From: an uncultured Methylomirabilota bacterium
GTDB lineage: Bacteria > Methylomirabilota > Methylomirabilia > Methylomirabilales > 2-02-FULL-66-22
NCBI GenBank assembly: GCA_963705305.1
Contig: OY970067.1
Location: forward strand, 3,200,001 to 3,264,000
Direction of reading: 5' to 3'
DNA length: 64,000 bases
The position numbers and the translations under genes are program-made. The notes beneath the pieces are model-generated. The model had not been told where the DNA came from and searched no databases. It saw nothing but the letters and a program-made list of their open reading frames with translations. Shown here in pieces: positions 1-8,815 of the stretch; positions within the stretch are counted from its first letter, which is position 1, and the number at the start of each line of letters is the position of its first letter.

Positions 1-450
1 GTCGGTCGCCGCCTGCTCGGTTTCTGACGGGATCGTGATTCCCAGGAGGCGTGCAGCTCCGACGCCCGCGATCTTCAGAGTGCGACCGTCGATCACCGCC
101 GTGATCCGCCGACCCTCCTGGATCTGCTTGGCCGTTCCCACCGTGAGGTGGAGCACGCTGCCTGCCTGCTCCTTCGCCTTGCCGACCACCGTGTCGACCA
201 CTGGCGTCACCTGCCTGCCCAGAACGTCTCGGCAGTTGCGCTTCACGCTCGCGATGGCCTCCTTGACCTTGAGATCCCACTCGGAGGTCACGCTCCCGTC
301 GCCGTTCACCCACTCGGCCAGCTTGTTCACGGAGTCGCAGGTCATACTCGTCCGCTGGTCCTGGGGCTGCATGATGAACCAGCCAGCCCCGGCCAGCGCG
401 CCCAGGAGGAGCATCGCGCCGGGGGTGATGCGTCCGCGGGGATCAGCCAT
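1..450 (-). CDS. Membrane-anchored thermonuclease (SNase)-like protein, partial (runs off window start)
   Basis: Not in the ORF track. ATG at 450 overlaps the end of the HD gene. Translation MADPRGRITPGAMLLLGALAGAGWFIMQ...ITAVIDGRTLKIAGVGAARLLGITIPSE has an N-terminal TM and resembles the SNase VIDGDT...RLxGIDAPE motifs, with both Asp residues substituted. Confidence 0.5.
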   Translation of the reverse strand, partial: MADPRGRITPGAMLLLGALAGAGWFIMQPQDQRTSMTCDSVNKLAEWVNGDGSVTSEWDLKVKEAIASVKRNCRDVLGRQVTPVVDTVVGKAKEQAGSVLHLTVGTAKQIQEGRRITAVIDGRTLKIAGVGAARLLGITIPSETEQAATD

Positions 451-2506
451 CGTGCCTGTCCTGGAGGGACGGTACCCCTCGCCCGTCTTCGGTGATGGGA
501 GCGCATGCTTCCCGGTCCCTGGCGGGGCCCGCCACGTCTCTCTCTGGCTGGATCGCCCCGGGATTCTGCTGGTGCCCGGCGTCGGGGCTGGCCGTCGTCG
601 CGGCCGCCAGGATTGGCCCCCAGGGATCGATCCACGACGGCGTACTGGGCTTGGGGGTGAACTTGGGGCGACTGGGCCAGCGCTCGAGCACCTCGACCGG
701 GAGGCGCGACCGCGTGACGAGCCAGCAGGCAAGCCACACTCGTCGTCCCACGTCAACCTGCCAGAGGGTCCCGCGTTGCCCATGGTGCTCCTCGACGAGC
801 CAGCCCAGCTTCCGGAAGGCCGCGGCGAGATTGGACGCCGAGGCATGCGGGACGGGGATCTTGGCCCCTGTCGCGTTGTTGATCTCCTGGGCGCTGATCT
901 GCAGCCGGCCGCACTCCTGGACCGTCAGCTGACCGCAGAGCCAGTGCCGGAGCCTGGTGTCCAGCAGCATGACGAGGTCCGTGTCCGGGATGGTGAGCCC
1001 GGCGAACATGCTGAGGGCATTGACCTCCAACTGCGGCAGGGCGGCCACGAGCGCCTGGGTGAGACGGTCCACCAACTCCGGCTGGACGGGGACCACCTGT
1101 CTTGCCTCCGCGGCTGCTTCCGGGGCGGTCGCAGGGGCTACGGGTGGTGGGGGCGTGACTGCTGGAGCCTCCGGCAGTGCCGGGGCGGCTAGTGTCGCCT
1201 GCTCTGCCGCTGGCGCCCCCGAGGTCACCTCGAGGCAGCGGACCGAGAGCGCCGCCGCGGCCGGACCGGGAGGCGCAGCGGCCGAGGGGACGACCGGAGC
1301 TGGCGCGACCGGTGCAGGCCCGGGGAGTGGTGTGGCGGGAGCCGTGGTCGAGAGGACGGCGGCGGGCATCTGCGCTCCCGAAGGCGGTGGCGTCGGCACC
1401 ACGGGCACCGCGATCTTCTGGGCCTGCCCACTCGACCCGGCCCCTACTGCTCGGTCCACCTCCCAGCGCGCCGTCTGTTTGTGCGCCTGGGCGAGGATCG
1501 CCAGGAGGGAAAGCGCCCGCTGGCTCGCGTCCAGGGGGACCCTCGTCGGGGCGTGGTGGAACCGGACCGCGATCCGGAGGTCTTCCCGCTCGTCGGCGGG
1601 CAGCGCCTGCCACTCGGGAAGGGCCGTGAGGATCTGGCTGCTCATCCGATCGTGGTGGCGCAGCACGCGAATCCACCGGTCGGCCTCGCGCTGGAAGGTC
1701 ACCAGCTTGCCTAGGTCGTGCGCCAAGGCGAGCTGCTCCACCAGGGCCGGGAGCAAGGCCGCGCGCTGGGCCAGCTCGAGCGCTCGCTCTCGGATGGCCA
1801 CCACGTGCTTGCCCAGGCTTGTGTCTCCGTGGTGGCGCGAGGGAGTCCCGTCTGGCTCCGGCACGTCCGCCGGCCAAGACGAACAGGCCAAATACCGTTC
1901 CAGGACCGCGACCGCCAGCTGGCTCATCGGCTGGAAACTCGCTGCCCAGGTCGGTCGGGACCGCGGGGCCGCCAGGCGGAGTGCGACGGCCCAGCGTTCG
2001 AGTCGAGTGGGAGAGTAGGGTTGAGCGGCCAGCTGCGCCGCGGGGAGAGGGCAGGGAACGAAAATCCCCTCGTATCGGATCCCCATCCGGGACTCGCACC
2101 GGCGTGGCAGACCGCGGCCTTGCCACCACTCCGCCATGTTCTGGAGCAGGAACAGGAGGGCGCCGAAGCCGCACACGCCCACCAGGCACGCCTTCCAGAG
2201 CCAGAAGACGTACTGGTCGTGCGCCGCCAGCAGGATCGCTTGCGCGGCCTGCAGCTGGCTCTGGAGGTACACCTTGTGGTGGCGGAGCGCCTCGACTACG
2301 ACCTGCGCCTCCGCGCTCTCGGTGTGTGGTGCGAGGTACCGTCCGACCACCGCCATCGCGGGGAGGCTTGGGCCTGCCAGACGCAGCCCCAGCTCGGCGA
2401 GAGCGTAGAACAGCGCATCGAAGAAGGCGAGTGCGGCGGCGAACGTGAGGAGACGCCGCGGGTAGAAGCCCTCCTGCTGGATTTCCGTCGGCTTTGCGGC
2501 AAACAT
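443..2506 (-). CDS. HD-domain protein with two N-terminal TM helices; probable MOBH-like relaxase
   Basis: Motifs WPA..RHH...L..H, LAHDLGK and RFHH resemble MOBH/TraI_2. Pro/Ala-rich linker, GAGGG RBS, located two genes downstream of the coupling protein. Confidence 0.6.
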   Translation of the reverse strand: MFAAKPTEIQQEGFYPRRLLTFAAALAFFDALFYALAELGLRLAGPSLPAMAVVGRYLAPHTESAEAQVVVEALRHHKVYLQSQLQAAQAILLAAHDQYVFWLWKACLVGVCGFGALLFLLQNMAEWWQGRGLPRRCESRMGIRYEGIFVPCPLPAAQLAAQPYSPTRLERWAVALRLAAPRSRPTWAASFQPMSQLAVAVLERYLACSSWPADVPEPDGTPSRHHGDTSLGKHVVAIRERALELAQRAALLPALVEQLALAHDLGKLVTFQREADRWIRVLRHHDRMSSQILTALPEWQALPADEREDLRIAVRFHHAPTRVPLDASQRALSLLAILAQAHKQTARWEVDRAVGAGSSGQAQKIAVPVVPTPPPSGAQMPAAVLSTTAPATPLPGPAPVAPAPVVPSAAAPPGPAAAALSVRCLEVTSGAPAAEQATLAAPALPEAPAVTPPPPVAPATAPEAAAEARQVVPVQPELVDRLTQALVAALPQLEVNALSMFAGLTIPDTDLVMLLDTRLRHWLCGQLTVQECGRLQISAQEINNATGAKIPVPHASASNLAAAFRKLGWLVEEHHGQRGTLWQVDVGRRVWLACWLVTRSRLPVEVLERWPSRPKFTPKPSTPSWIDPWGPILAAATTASPDAGHQQNPGAIQPERDVAGPARDREACAPITEDGRGVPSLQDRHDG

Positions 2507-2699
2507 CGAGCGTCCCTCGACTCAGTCCGTCGGCCCGAGGGGCCAGCTTCGTTGACAGGGCCGGTCCGGTCGCGCACACCCCGTGGCCCGAGGCCGACGC
2601 CGCTGCCGGCGTTCCGTGCGCCGAGTCGTGGCCCGGCCGCTCAGAGCCGTGTGGGCTGACCCGTCAACGGGACCCAAGGGAATCGCCCCCTCCCCTCCC

Positions 2700-3008
2700 T
2701 CACCTGACGTTCCCCCAGAGCCGGGCGAACGCCGTGCGTCCGCTGCTCCACATCAGACGGAACATGGCCAGGAAGGCCTGGGCCAGGACGCGGAGGATCA
2801 CGAGCATCGTTGTGAGGGCCGCGAGTACTGCCGCCTGGGCCAGGAACCTCGATGGGGCCCAGAAGAGGGCGCCAACCAGGAGGAATCCGCCGAGGAGGAT
2901 CCAGGAGCCGACCGCCGGCGCGAGGGTGGGCCAGAGCCAAGAGGACACCTGGTCGCCGGCAACATAGAGCAACCCGCAGAGCACGAGATAGAGCAGACAG
3001 CCCATCAC
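2700..3008 (-). CDS. Small integral membrane protein translationally coupled to the coupling protein
   Basis: 102 aa with about three hydrophobic segments; start overlaps the T4CP stop. Confidence 0.6.
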   Translation of the reverse strand: MMGCLLYLVLCGLLYVAGDQVSSWLWPTLAPAVGSWILLGGFLLVGALFWAPSRFLAQAAVLAALTTMLVILRVLAQAFLAMFRLMWSSGRTAFARLWGNVR

Positions 3009-4849
3009 GCCTCCGCTTCGCTGTCGGCTGGCTCCGCCCGCTCCGGCTCAGCGGGGGGTGCCGGGGCCGGTCCGAGGATGGTGAAGTCCTGCGTCTGCCG
3101 TTTCCGGGTCGGCCGCTTGCCGCCGGTGCGCGTGGTGCTCGTCCTCGAGGCTTCCCCGGTCCCGTTCCCACCCCCCTCGGACACGTTCGCCGTTTTGGGA
3201 AGCGCCTCGATCAGGTTGAGCCCGCGCGGGTTGTTCCGGGGCACCGGCTTCATCTCCTCGTGCCCCGCCTCCGGCAGTTCCAGATACACCAGTTGGGCAT
3301 CCTCGTGCAGGCTCGCCCCAGTGTCCGGGTCCTGGATGTACAGGACCGCCTGGCCCGTTCGCTGATGCATGAGCTGCTCCGGTCGGATTACGTAGTCGTA
3401 CCGCTCCTGGACGCCGTGCGATTCGCTCTGGCCGTTGTTCGACCGATCTGGCATCGGGCTCACCCACGCCGCCGAGCGGCTCTGGGTGCGGGCCGTCATC
3501 CTCGAGCGGAAGAGCGCGATCTCCTCGCCGACGGTCTTGGCCATCGTCTCCGCGGTGGGGAAGTCCCCGAGCTTCATGATGACCTTCGTCGAGCAGTTTC
3601 CAAAGATGAAGTCCTGCTGCTGCCTGCTGGCGATGGCGAACCCCGAGGCCACCTGGGCAGCGGCCACGAGTCCCACCCCCGCCGAGCGGGCCTGCTCGAA
3701 GAGCCGCTCGATCCCCTCGACGTTCATGTAGGCGGAGGCCTCATCCATGAGGACGAGGTAGGGGATCCGCGGACGGTCATTCCGTTGCTGCAGGGTCCCG
3801 ACCGCCTGTTTCAGGTCGGCGATCAGCATCCGCGCCATGGCGGTGGCGGTCTCGGTCTCCGCCAGGATCGGGAGCGCCACGTAGACGATGAGCCCGTGGA
3901 GGAGGGCGTCGAGGAGATCGAGGGATGGGCCGGTGTGGTTCATGATCTTGCCGAGCTCGCCCCAGGCGTACGCCGACACGTAGGAGGGGGCCCCGCCCAC
4001 CATTTTCTTCATGCGCTCGATGTCGAGTTGCCCCTTCTGGTTCCGGTAGTTCGCCAGGAACGAGGTCAAGGCCGAGTGCTCCTCGGTCCCTGGCGGACAG
4101 GTGCGCTCGAGCCAGAGGAGGGCATCTGCCGAGGTAAGGGCCTGGTACACGTCGTTGAAGGTGATCAGTGGATTGATCCGAATCATGGCCCCGAGGATGG
4201 CGTGGAGCGCGGTATTGGCCTGCCCGCGCCAGAAGTCCGCCTCACCCTTCCCCGCGCTCGCGCCCCACAGGGCCATGACCCGGGAGAGGATCTCTTGCAG
4301 CCGGCCGCGGAGCAGCGGGTTCCAGGTGTGCGAGATGGTGGGATCCGGGGGCCAGAGCACCCGGATGTCCTCGACCCGGTCCGCGTGCCGGCAGAGCGCT
4401 AGGACGGTTTGCAGGGACTCCTTGTCGACCTTGGCGTCGATCATCAGGCAGCCCCCGCCACGCTGGATCTGCTGGGCGAGCAAGGAGAGGAGCAGTTGCG
4501 TCTTGCCGGAGCCCGAGCTTCCCAAGACCAGGGTGTGATACTGCAGGCTATGGTTACTGAGCCGGATCCACCCTGCCGTCTTGCTCCAGCCCACGGTAAG
4601 GGCATCCCCCACGGGCGCCGGCGTGCGCGGCTTGCGCATGTCGTTACTCACTCGGTCGGACACCAAGCAGAACGCCCCGAGGCCCCCCGCAAGCAGGAGC
4701 AGGATCAGGAAGAGGGTCTTCAAGGGCAGGTAGAGGCTGCCTAGCGCCGCGTGGAGAAGGACGAAGCGAGGCAGGGGGAACAGGGGAAAGCCCGTCGCCA
4801 GGGCGAGGAGGCCAAAGAAGCACCAGGTCCACCGACTTGAAGAGCCCAT
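3005..4849 (-). CDS. traD: Type IV coupling protein (TraD/VirD4-like)
   Basis: Two N-terminal TMs, Walker A GSSGSGKT, IDAK, Walker B LMDEAS, FEQARSAG and GNCSTK. Start moved to ATG 4849 (MGSSSRW). Confidence 0.9.
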   Translation of the reverse strand: MGSSSRWTWCFFGLLALATGFPLFPLPRFVLLHAALGSLYLPLKTLFLILLLLAGGLGAFCLVSDRVSNDMRKPRTPAPVGDALTVGWSKTAGWIRLSNHSLQYHTLVLGSSGSGKTQLLLSLLAQQIQRGGGCLMIDAKVDKESLQTVLALCRHADRVEDIRVLWPPDPTISHTWNPLLRGRLQEILSRVMALWGASAGKGEADFWRGQANTALHAILGAMIRINPLITFNDVYQALTSADALLWLERTCPPGTEEHSALTSFLANYRNQKGQLDIERMKKMVGGAPSYVSAYAWGELGKIMNHTGPSLDLLDALLHGLIVYVALPILAETETATAMARMLIADLKQAVGTLQQRNDRPRIPYLVLMDEASAYMNVEGIERLFEQARSAGVGLVAAAQVASGFAIASRQQQDFIFGNCSTKVIMKLGDFPTAETMAKTVGEEIALFRSRMTARTQSRSAAWVSPMPDRSNNGQSESHGVQERYDYVIRPEQLMHQRTGQAVLYIQDPDTGASLHEDAQLVYLELPEAGHEEMKPVPRNNPRGLNLIEALPKTANVSEGGGNGTGEASRTSTTRTGGKRPTRKRQTQDFTILGPAPAPPAEPERAEPADSEAEA

Positions 4850-5304
4850 CGCGCGTCTCGCCTTCGCTCCGTGCGGCCCGGGGAAGAGCTGGCCGCTGTT
4901 CGCAGGCAAGCATAGGCAATGCCGCGGCGGTGTCGAGAGCATCTTTCTGCAGCCATCTGACGAATGGGCCGCTTCTCGATGACAGCTCTCGGTGACGGCC
5001 TTCGAAGATGCAAGAAATGTTTCGCGCCCATCTGGCGCGCGGTTCCCGCTTCCGTTGCTACGCTGGAGACCGCGCTGAAGGGGTAGAAGTAGAGAAATTA
5101 CGGGTGCGCTTGGGGTGGAGGTCTGATGGAAAACACGAACTCCTCCGGTCTGCCGCGCGATTTCATACGAGACCGGAGGCATTAGCTAATAGTTGCAGAG
5201 CTTCTCTAGCTCCGAGGTCGCGGCGACGATCGACGCGACCGTGCGGCACGATACCGAGATGCGGGTGGAGAAGAACTTCGTGGGATGTCCGTGTAGTCTT
5301 GCTG

Positions 5305-6102
5305 TCAAAGGTCCGCCGATCTTCTGGCGATGAGCGCGCTGACCTCGACGATTTCGCTGAATTCGCCAGCCGGGGAGAGGCGCGCCAACCCTGCCCGCAG
5401 CGCTCGCTCGAAGGCGGGGCGCCGCTCGCCGAGGGTATCGGGGGACGTGGTGGAAGACGAATAGGCGCGGCCGACGATCGCGTCCGCGTCCAGCCGGCGC
5501 GTGACGATCACGCCGTGACGTTCGAGCGAGGAGAACGCGGAGCGCAGCAGCACCACCTCCTGCGGCTCTTCCAATTGCTTCCGCTCCCGGCGCTCGGCGG
5601 CGACCGCGGGCACGAAGTCTTCGCGGAGCCGCTCGACGAGGGCCCGCCAATCCGCGCCGTGGGTCGCAATGGGCTTGTCACCGAACAGGGCAATGCCCCC
5701 GCCAGGCTCGATCAGGTGATCGAGGACCGCGAGCGTGGCGTCGCGATCCATCCAGTGGAACGAACGACCCAGGGTCGCGAGCCGGAAGCGGCCGAGCGTC
5801 AGAGTGAGGTCGTAGGAACTGCCCTCGATCGTCTTCACGGAGACCCCCGCCGCTGCGGCGCGCTCGCGGGCGGCCGCGAGCATCCTCGGCTCGGGATCGA
5901 GTGCGGTGACGGTCGCCCCGAGGCGCGCGAACGCGATGGCAAGCTGACCCGGCCCACAGCCCAGATCGAGCACGGGACTCGCGGATTCAAGCCCGAGCCG
6001 GTCGGCGACGAGGGCGATGAGCCGGTTCGGGTACGGAACGCGATACCGCAGGTAGTACGGGACCGTGGATTGGAAGCGGTGGGGGTCGAAGGGAACCGTC
6101 AT
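5305..6102 (-). CDS. Class I SAM-dependent methyltransferase
   Basis: Motif I VLDLGCGPG, SFHWMD, and N-terminal YYLRYRVPYP. Confidence 0.9.
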   Translation of the reverse strand: MTVPFDPHRFQSTVPYYLRYRVPYPNRLIALVADRLGLESASPVLDLGCGPGQLAIAFARLGATVTALDPEPRMLAAARERAAAAGVSVKTIEGSSYDLTLTLGRFRLATLGRSFHWMDRDATLAVLDHLIEPGGGIALFGDKPIATHGADWRALVERLREDFVPAVAAERRERKQLEEPQEVVLLRSAFSSLERHGVIVTRRLDADAIVGRAYSSSTTSPDTLGERRPAFERALRAGLARLSPAGEFSEIVEVSALIARRSADL

Positions 6103-6131
6103 GGTGGCACTAGCAGGAGTCTGGCGCTGCG

Positions 6132-6653
6132 CTATGTAGACATCAGATCATACGGGATGTCCCCGAGAAGCTTTCCCCAGCGGCTCACGGCCTTCGTGAC
6201 CTGGTCCAGGGCCGTGCAGTACCCCACCGGGTCGAAGCCATCCGGATCGCTACGGAGGAAGGTCAACATGGCTTCGCACTGTTCTGCGATCGCTCCGACG
6301 AGGGCCCGGGCCCGCTGTCGCACCGGGGCCGCCGGATCGATGAAGCGTGCGGGCAATTTTGCCCGGGTGAACTCAATCCGCTCGCTCCCGCCTCTTGCGT
6401 TGTACACCTCGTCGGTTGCCAGCCGTAATCCATTCTCGAAGGCCCCTTCGAATTTCATCCAGAGTCCGCTGAACTGGGCGGCCGTGAAGTCCGGGTGCTC
6501 CTCCATGAACTTGTGGAGCTCGAACAGTGGGGCCATGGTCTTCTCGATCACCTGGATGGCCCGGGTCCGGTGATTCACCTCCGGCTGGCCGGAGGTCCCC
6601 CGGGTCTCTGCGATAACCTCCGGGGTAACGGCAGACACATTGCGTGTTTTCAT
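6132..6653 (-). CDS. Hypothetical protein
   Basis: Clean ORF with AAAGAGAGGG RBS before ATG 6653; no recognisable motif. Confidence 0.55.
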   Translation of the reverse strand: MKTRNVSAVTPEVIAETRGTSGQPEVNHRTRAIQVIEKTMAPLFELHKFMEEHPDFTAAQFSGLWMKFEGAFENGLRLATDEVYNARGGSERIEFTRAKLPARFIDPAAPVRQRARALVGAIAEQCEAMLTFLRSDPDGFDPVGYCTALDQVTKAVSRWGKLLGDIPYDLMST

Positions 6654-7046
6654 GGCCCTCTCTTTGTATCTTACCGCAATCGGCTTGGAAAGCATAAGCT
6701 GGTGCACCGAGGGCAAGAATCCAACAAAGCTAAAAGGGGCAACTTGTCCGGTCTCCGCGTCGAGCTAGTAGCCGGATCCATCACGCCGCTGGAGGAACCG
6801 GCAGTGTCAGTCCGGTGGTCAGTGTCCTATTCTGATCGAAAGCGACCCGGCGCGCTGCATCCCCCCGTACCGAATCAGCCATTTTCCGGTTTTCACTTCA
6901 GATCCATCAGTCACTTCGGGGAGATGGACCATTCCATTCATCTTTCCGTAGAAAAAGTCAGCATAGCTATCGGCCCTCTTGGTACTTCACTCGAGTCAAT
7001 AATGCGTCAAGAAGAGCACTGTAATCCTCTTTCGAGAAAATAATAC

Positions 7047-7076
7047 TTTACAATGTTGCCCGCAACGTTATATAAG
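7047..7076 (+). promoter_or_regulatory. Sigma70-like promoter with a dyad in the spacer
   Basis: TTTACA (7047-7052), 18-bp spacer, TATAAG (7071-7076). Imperfect palindrome AATGTTGC-CC-GCAACGTT lies between them, in an AT-rich divergent intergenic region. Confidence 0.4.
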
Positions 7077-7177
7077 TCAATTCACTCCTGCGGCTCTTTG
7101 CTCGCATCCGTGGAAAGGAGCGTCCTTCGGAAAGCGTCAAGGATAAGCAGGGGACCCGGAAAGTTCTTTGCGGAGAT

Positions 7178-7513
7178 ATGGCAATGCATCAAGCAGTGGC
7201 TGTGCTAGAGGCAGGGGCGATCGGACCAGTGGAGAACACGGACAGGCGGCTCATGCTGCTGTCGGAGGTCGCAGAACGGGTAAACGTGGACCGGCGTGAT
7301 CTGAACGAGTGGATCAATCTGGGATTGCTCGATCCACGACCGATTGAGGTCGGGCTCAAGGGTCGGCGGACCATCGGGCCCGGGAGGGCCTCAATCCCGT
7401 ACCGCCCATTGGGCAAAGGGTATCTGGTGTCGGAACTCGACGGAATCCGTCAGCAAGTGGAAGCGCTAAAGCAACGCCGGACGTGGCAACCCTACAAGGA
7501 GGCTGCCCAGTGA
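7178..7513 (+). CDS. MerR/excisionase-like HTH protein
   Basis: LSEVAERVNVDRRDLNEWINLGLLDP matches the MerR/Xis-type HTH pattern; GGAG RBS. Confidence 0.55.
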   Translation: MAMHQAVAVLEAGAIGPVENTDRRLMLLSEVAERVNVDRRDLNEWINLGLLDPRPIEVGLKGRRTIGPGRASIPYRPLGKGYLVSELDGIRQQVEALKQRRTWQPYKEAAQ

Positions 7514-8100
7514 TCCAGGCCCTGACGATCCTCTTCTTCGCCATGGCGGCCCTCCTGGTCTTCTCCGTCTGGCAGCGCGCCCAGGCACAGATCGCCGCCG
7601 ATGTCCCCAAGGGGTATCGGGTGTTCTCGGCCGATCTGGGGCACGACACCCGACTGGACAGCCGGGGCGCCATCCTGCTGCGCGACAATGAGTGGGGGAT
7701 CACGGGAAAGGTAGACCTTCTGCTCCAGAACGTCGCAACCCGTGCCGTGATTCCGGTAGAGTACAAGGCGGCGTGGCACGGATTTGAGCCCGGGAAGGCC
7801 CAGCCGAGCCACATCCACCAGCTCGCCACAGCCCTGGTCCTCTGCGAGGGAGACAGCCGGGTGGGGCAGTCGCCGCCTGAGGGGTGGATTCGCTACATTG
7901 ACGAACGCGGGGCCCTGGTCGCCGCCGGCGAGGTCCACATTCAGAACACGCCGGAGATCCGGGAGCGGGTCATCGCGACCGCCCAGCGGATGCGCCGGGC
8001 CCTCGTGACCAGCGAGGAGCTCCATCGCGATCACCGCTCCGTGGCGAAGTGCTGCCGGTGCGCTCTGCGGGACACCTGCGGCGAGGTCCTGGTCGCCTAG
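7510..8100 (+). CDS. Cas4-like PD-(D/E)XK nuclease, C-terminal half, with N-terminal TM
   Basis: GTG overlaps the upstream stop. TM LTILFFAMAALLVFSVW, then GITGKVD, PVEYK, HQLATA and C-terminal CCRCALRDTC (three Fe-S cysteines). Confidence 0.8.
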   Translation: MIQALTILFFAMAALLVFSVWQRAQAQIAADVPKGYRVFSADLGHDTRLDSRGAILLRDNEWGITGKVDLLLQNVATRAVIPVEYKAAWHGFEPGKAQPSHIHQLATALVLCEGDSRVGQSPPEGWIRYIDERGALVAAGEVHIQNTPEIRERVIATAQRMRRALVTSEELHRDHRSVAKCCRCALRDTCGEVLVA

Positions 8101-8136
8101 CGGAGAAGAGACGCCATAAATGGACGCTGGAAGCAG

Positions 8137-8415
8137 ATGGAGAAGAGCAATCGGGCGCCGAAGCCCCGGCCCGACCGCCCGGATATTTCCGCCAACGAGA
8201 TCCAAGACTTCTTGTACTGCGCCCGAAGTTGGTGGTTGCGCCGGGTCCAACAGGTGGCCATCAAGACCCCCGAGATGACGGCCGGGACCCAGGCCCATGC
8301 CCTGGTCGGACACCTCGTGGCCGAGACCGTCGTCCTCGAGCGCGTGGTGCGGGCTTGTACCGGCTTGGCCGTGCTGATCGCGGGGGCGATCGGCTACCTG
8401 TGGCTCGTCCGGTAA
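8137..8415 (+). CDS. Cas4-like N-terminal fragment (first Fe-S Cys) with C-terminal TM
   Basis: ISANEIQDFLYCARSWWL and GTQAH match the Cas4 N-terminal S.....YCPR..W and G...H motifs, followed by TM GLAVLIAGAIGYLWLV. Confidence 0.75.
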   Translation: MEKSNRAPKPRPDRPDISANEIQDFLYCARSWWLRRVQQVAIKTPEMTAGTQAHALVGHLVAETVVLERVVRACTGLAVLIAGAIGYLWLVR

Positions 8416-8439
8416 CCGGACCGGTACAAGAGAGATGCC

Positions 8440-8673
8440 ATGCCTCTCATCATGCTGTTGGCTCTACCGATCTGCGCGGTCGTTCTCGCCATTCGCACTC
8501 ACCGGCAGGCAGTGAAGCGCGGCGAGGATCTCGGGGTCGTCGGGCTAGCTGTCCGGTTGTGGGCGTACGGTCAGGTCCTGGGGCCCCTGCTCCTCGGCTT
8601 GAGCCTCCTGGCCTATCTGATCGGGGTGGTCTGTTTCATGGATGGGCCGTCAGCCCCGAGACACCCCTGGTAG
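8440..8673 (+). CDS. Small membrane protein convergent on traG (possible entry-exclusion factor)
   Basis: 77 aa with 2-3 hydrophobic segments; last gene of the operon facing the traG 3' end. Confidence 0.5.
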   Translation: MPLIMLLALPICAVVLAIRTHRQAVKRGEDLGVVGLAVRLWAYGQVLGPLLLGLSLLAYLIGVVCFMDGPSAPRHPW

Positions 8674-8695
8674 GCCGGTGCCGCGGCTTACTCCT

Positions 8696-8735
8696 CGAAT
8701 CCCCTCCGCCTCATCGGGAGGGGATTCGGGTTTTC
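8696..8735 (+). terminator. Hairpin terminator between the convergent operon and traG
   Basis: 12-bp stem CGAATCCCCTCC/GGAGGGGATTCG followed by a short T run. Confidence 0.55.
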
Positions 8736-8815
8736 AGGGGGTGCCGAAGAAACGCTCATGGCCAGGACCGGTGCCGGCCGTGGAGTGCATCGCCCTTGGC
8801 TTTCGGGTGCCTTGA

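Noticed and set aside
2507..2699. oriT upstream of the HD protein (imperfect GTTGAC...GTCAAC inverted repeat)
   Set aside because: No recognisable nic site; the repeat is too weak to call.
4850..5182. N-terminal extensions in the ORF track (traD, traH, traU, cyt b, giant protein, vapC)
   Set aside because: The extensions lack family features; downstream starts match RBSs, signal peptides or domain starts better.
6660..8800. CRISPR-Cas locus around the Cas4-like genes
   Set aside because: No repeat-spacer array, cas1 or cas2 was seen anywhere in the window.
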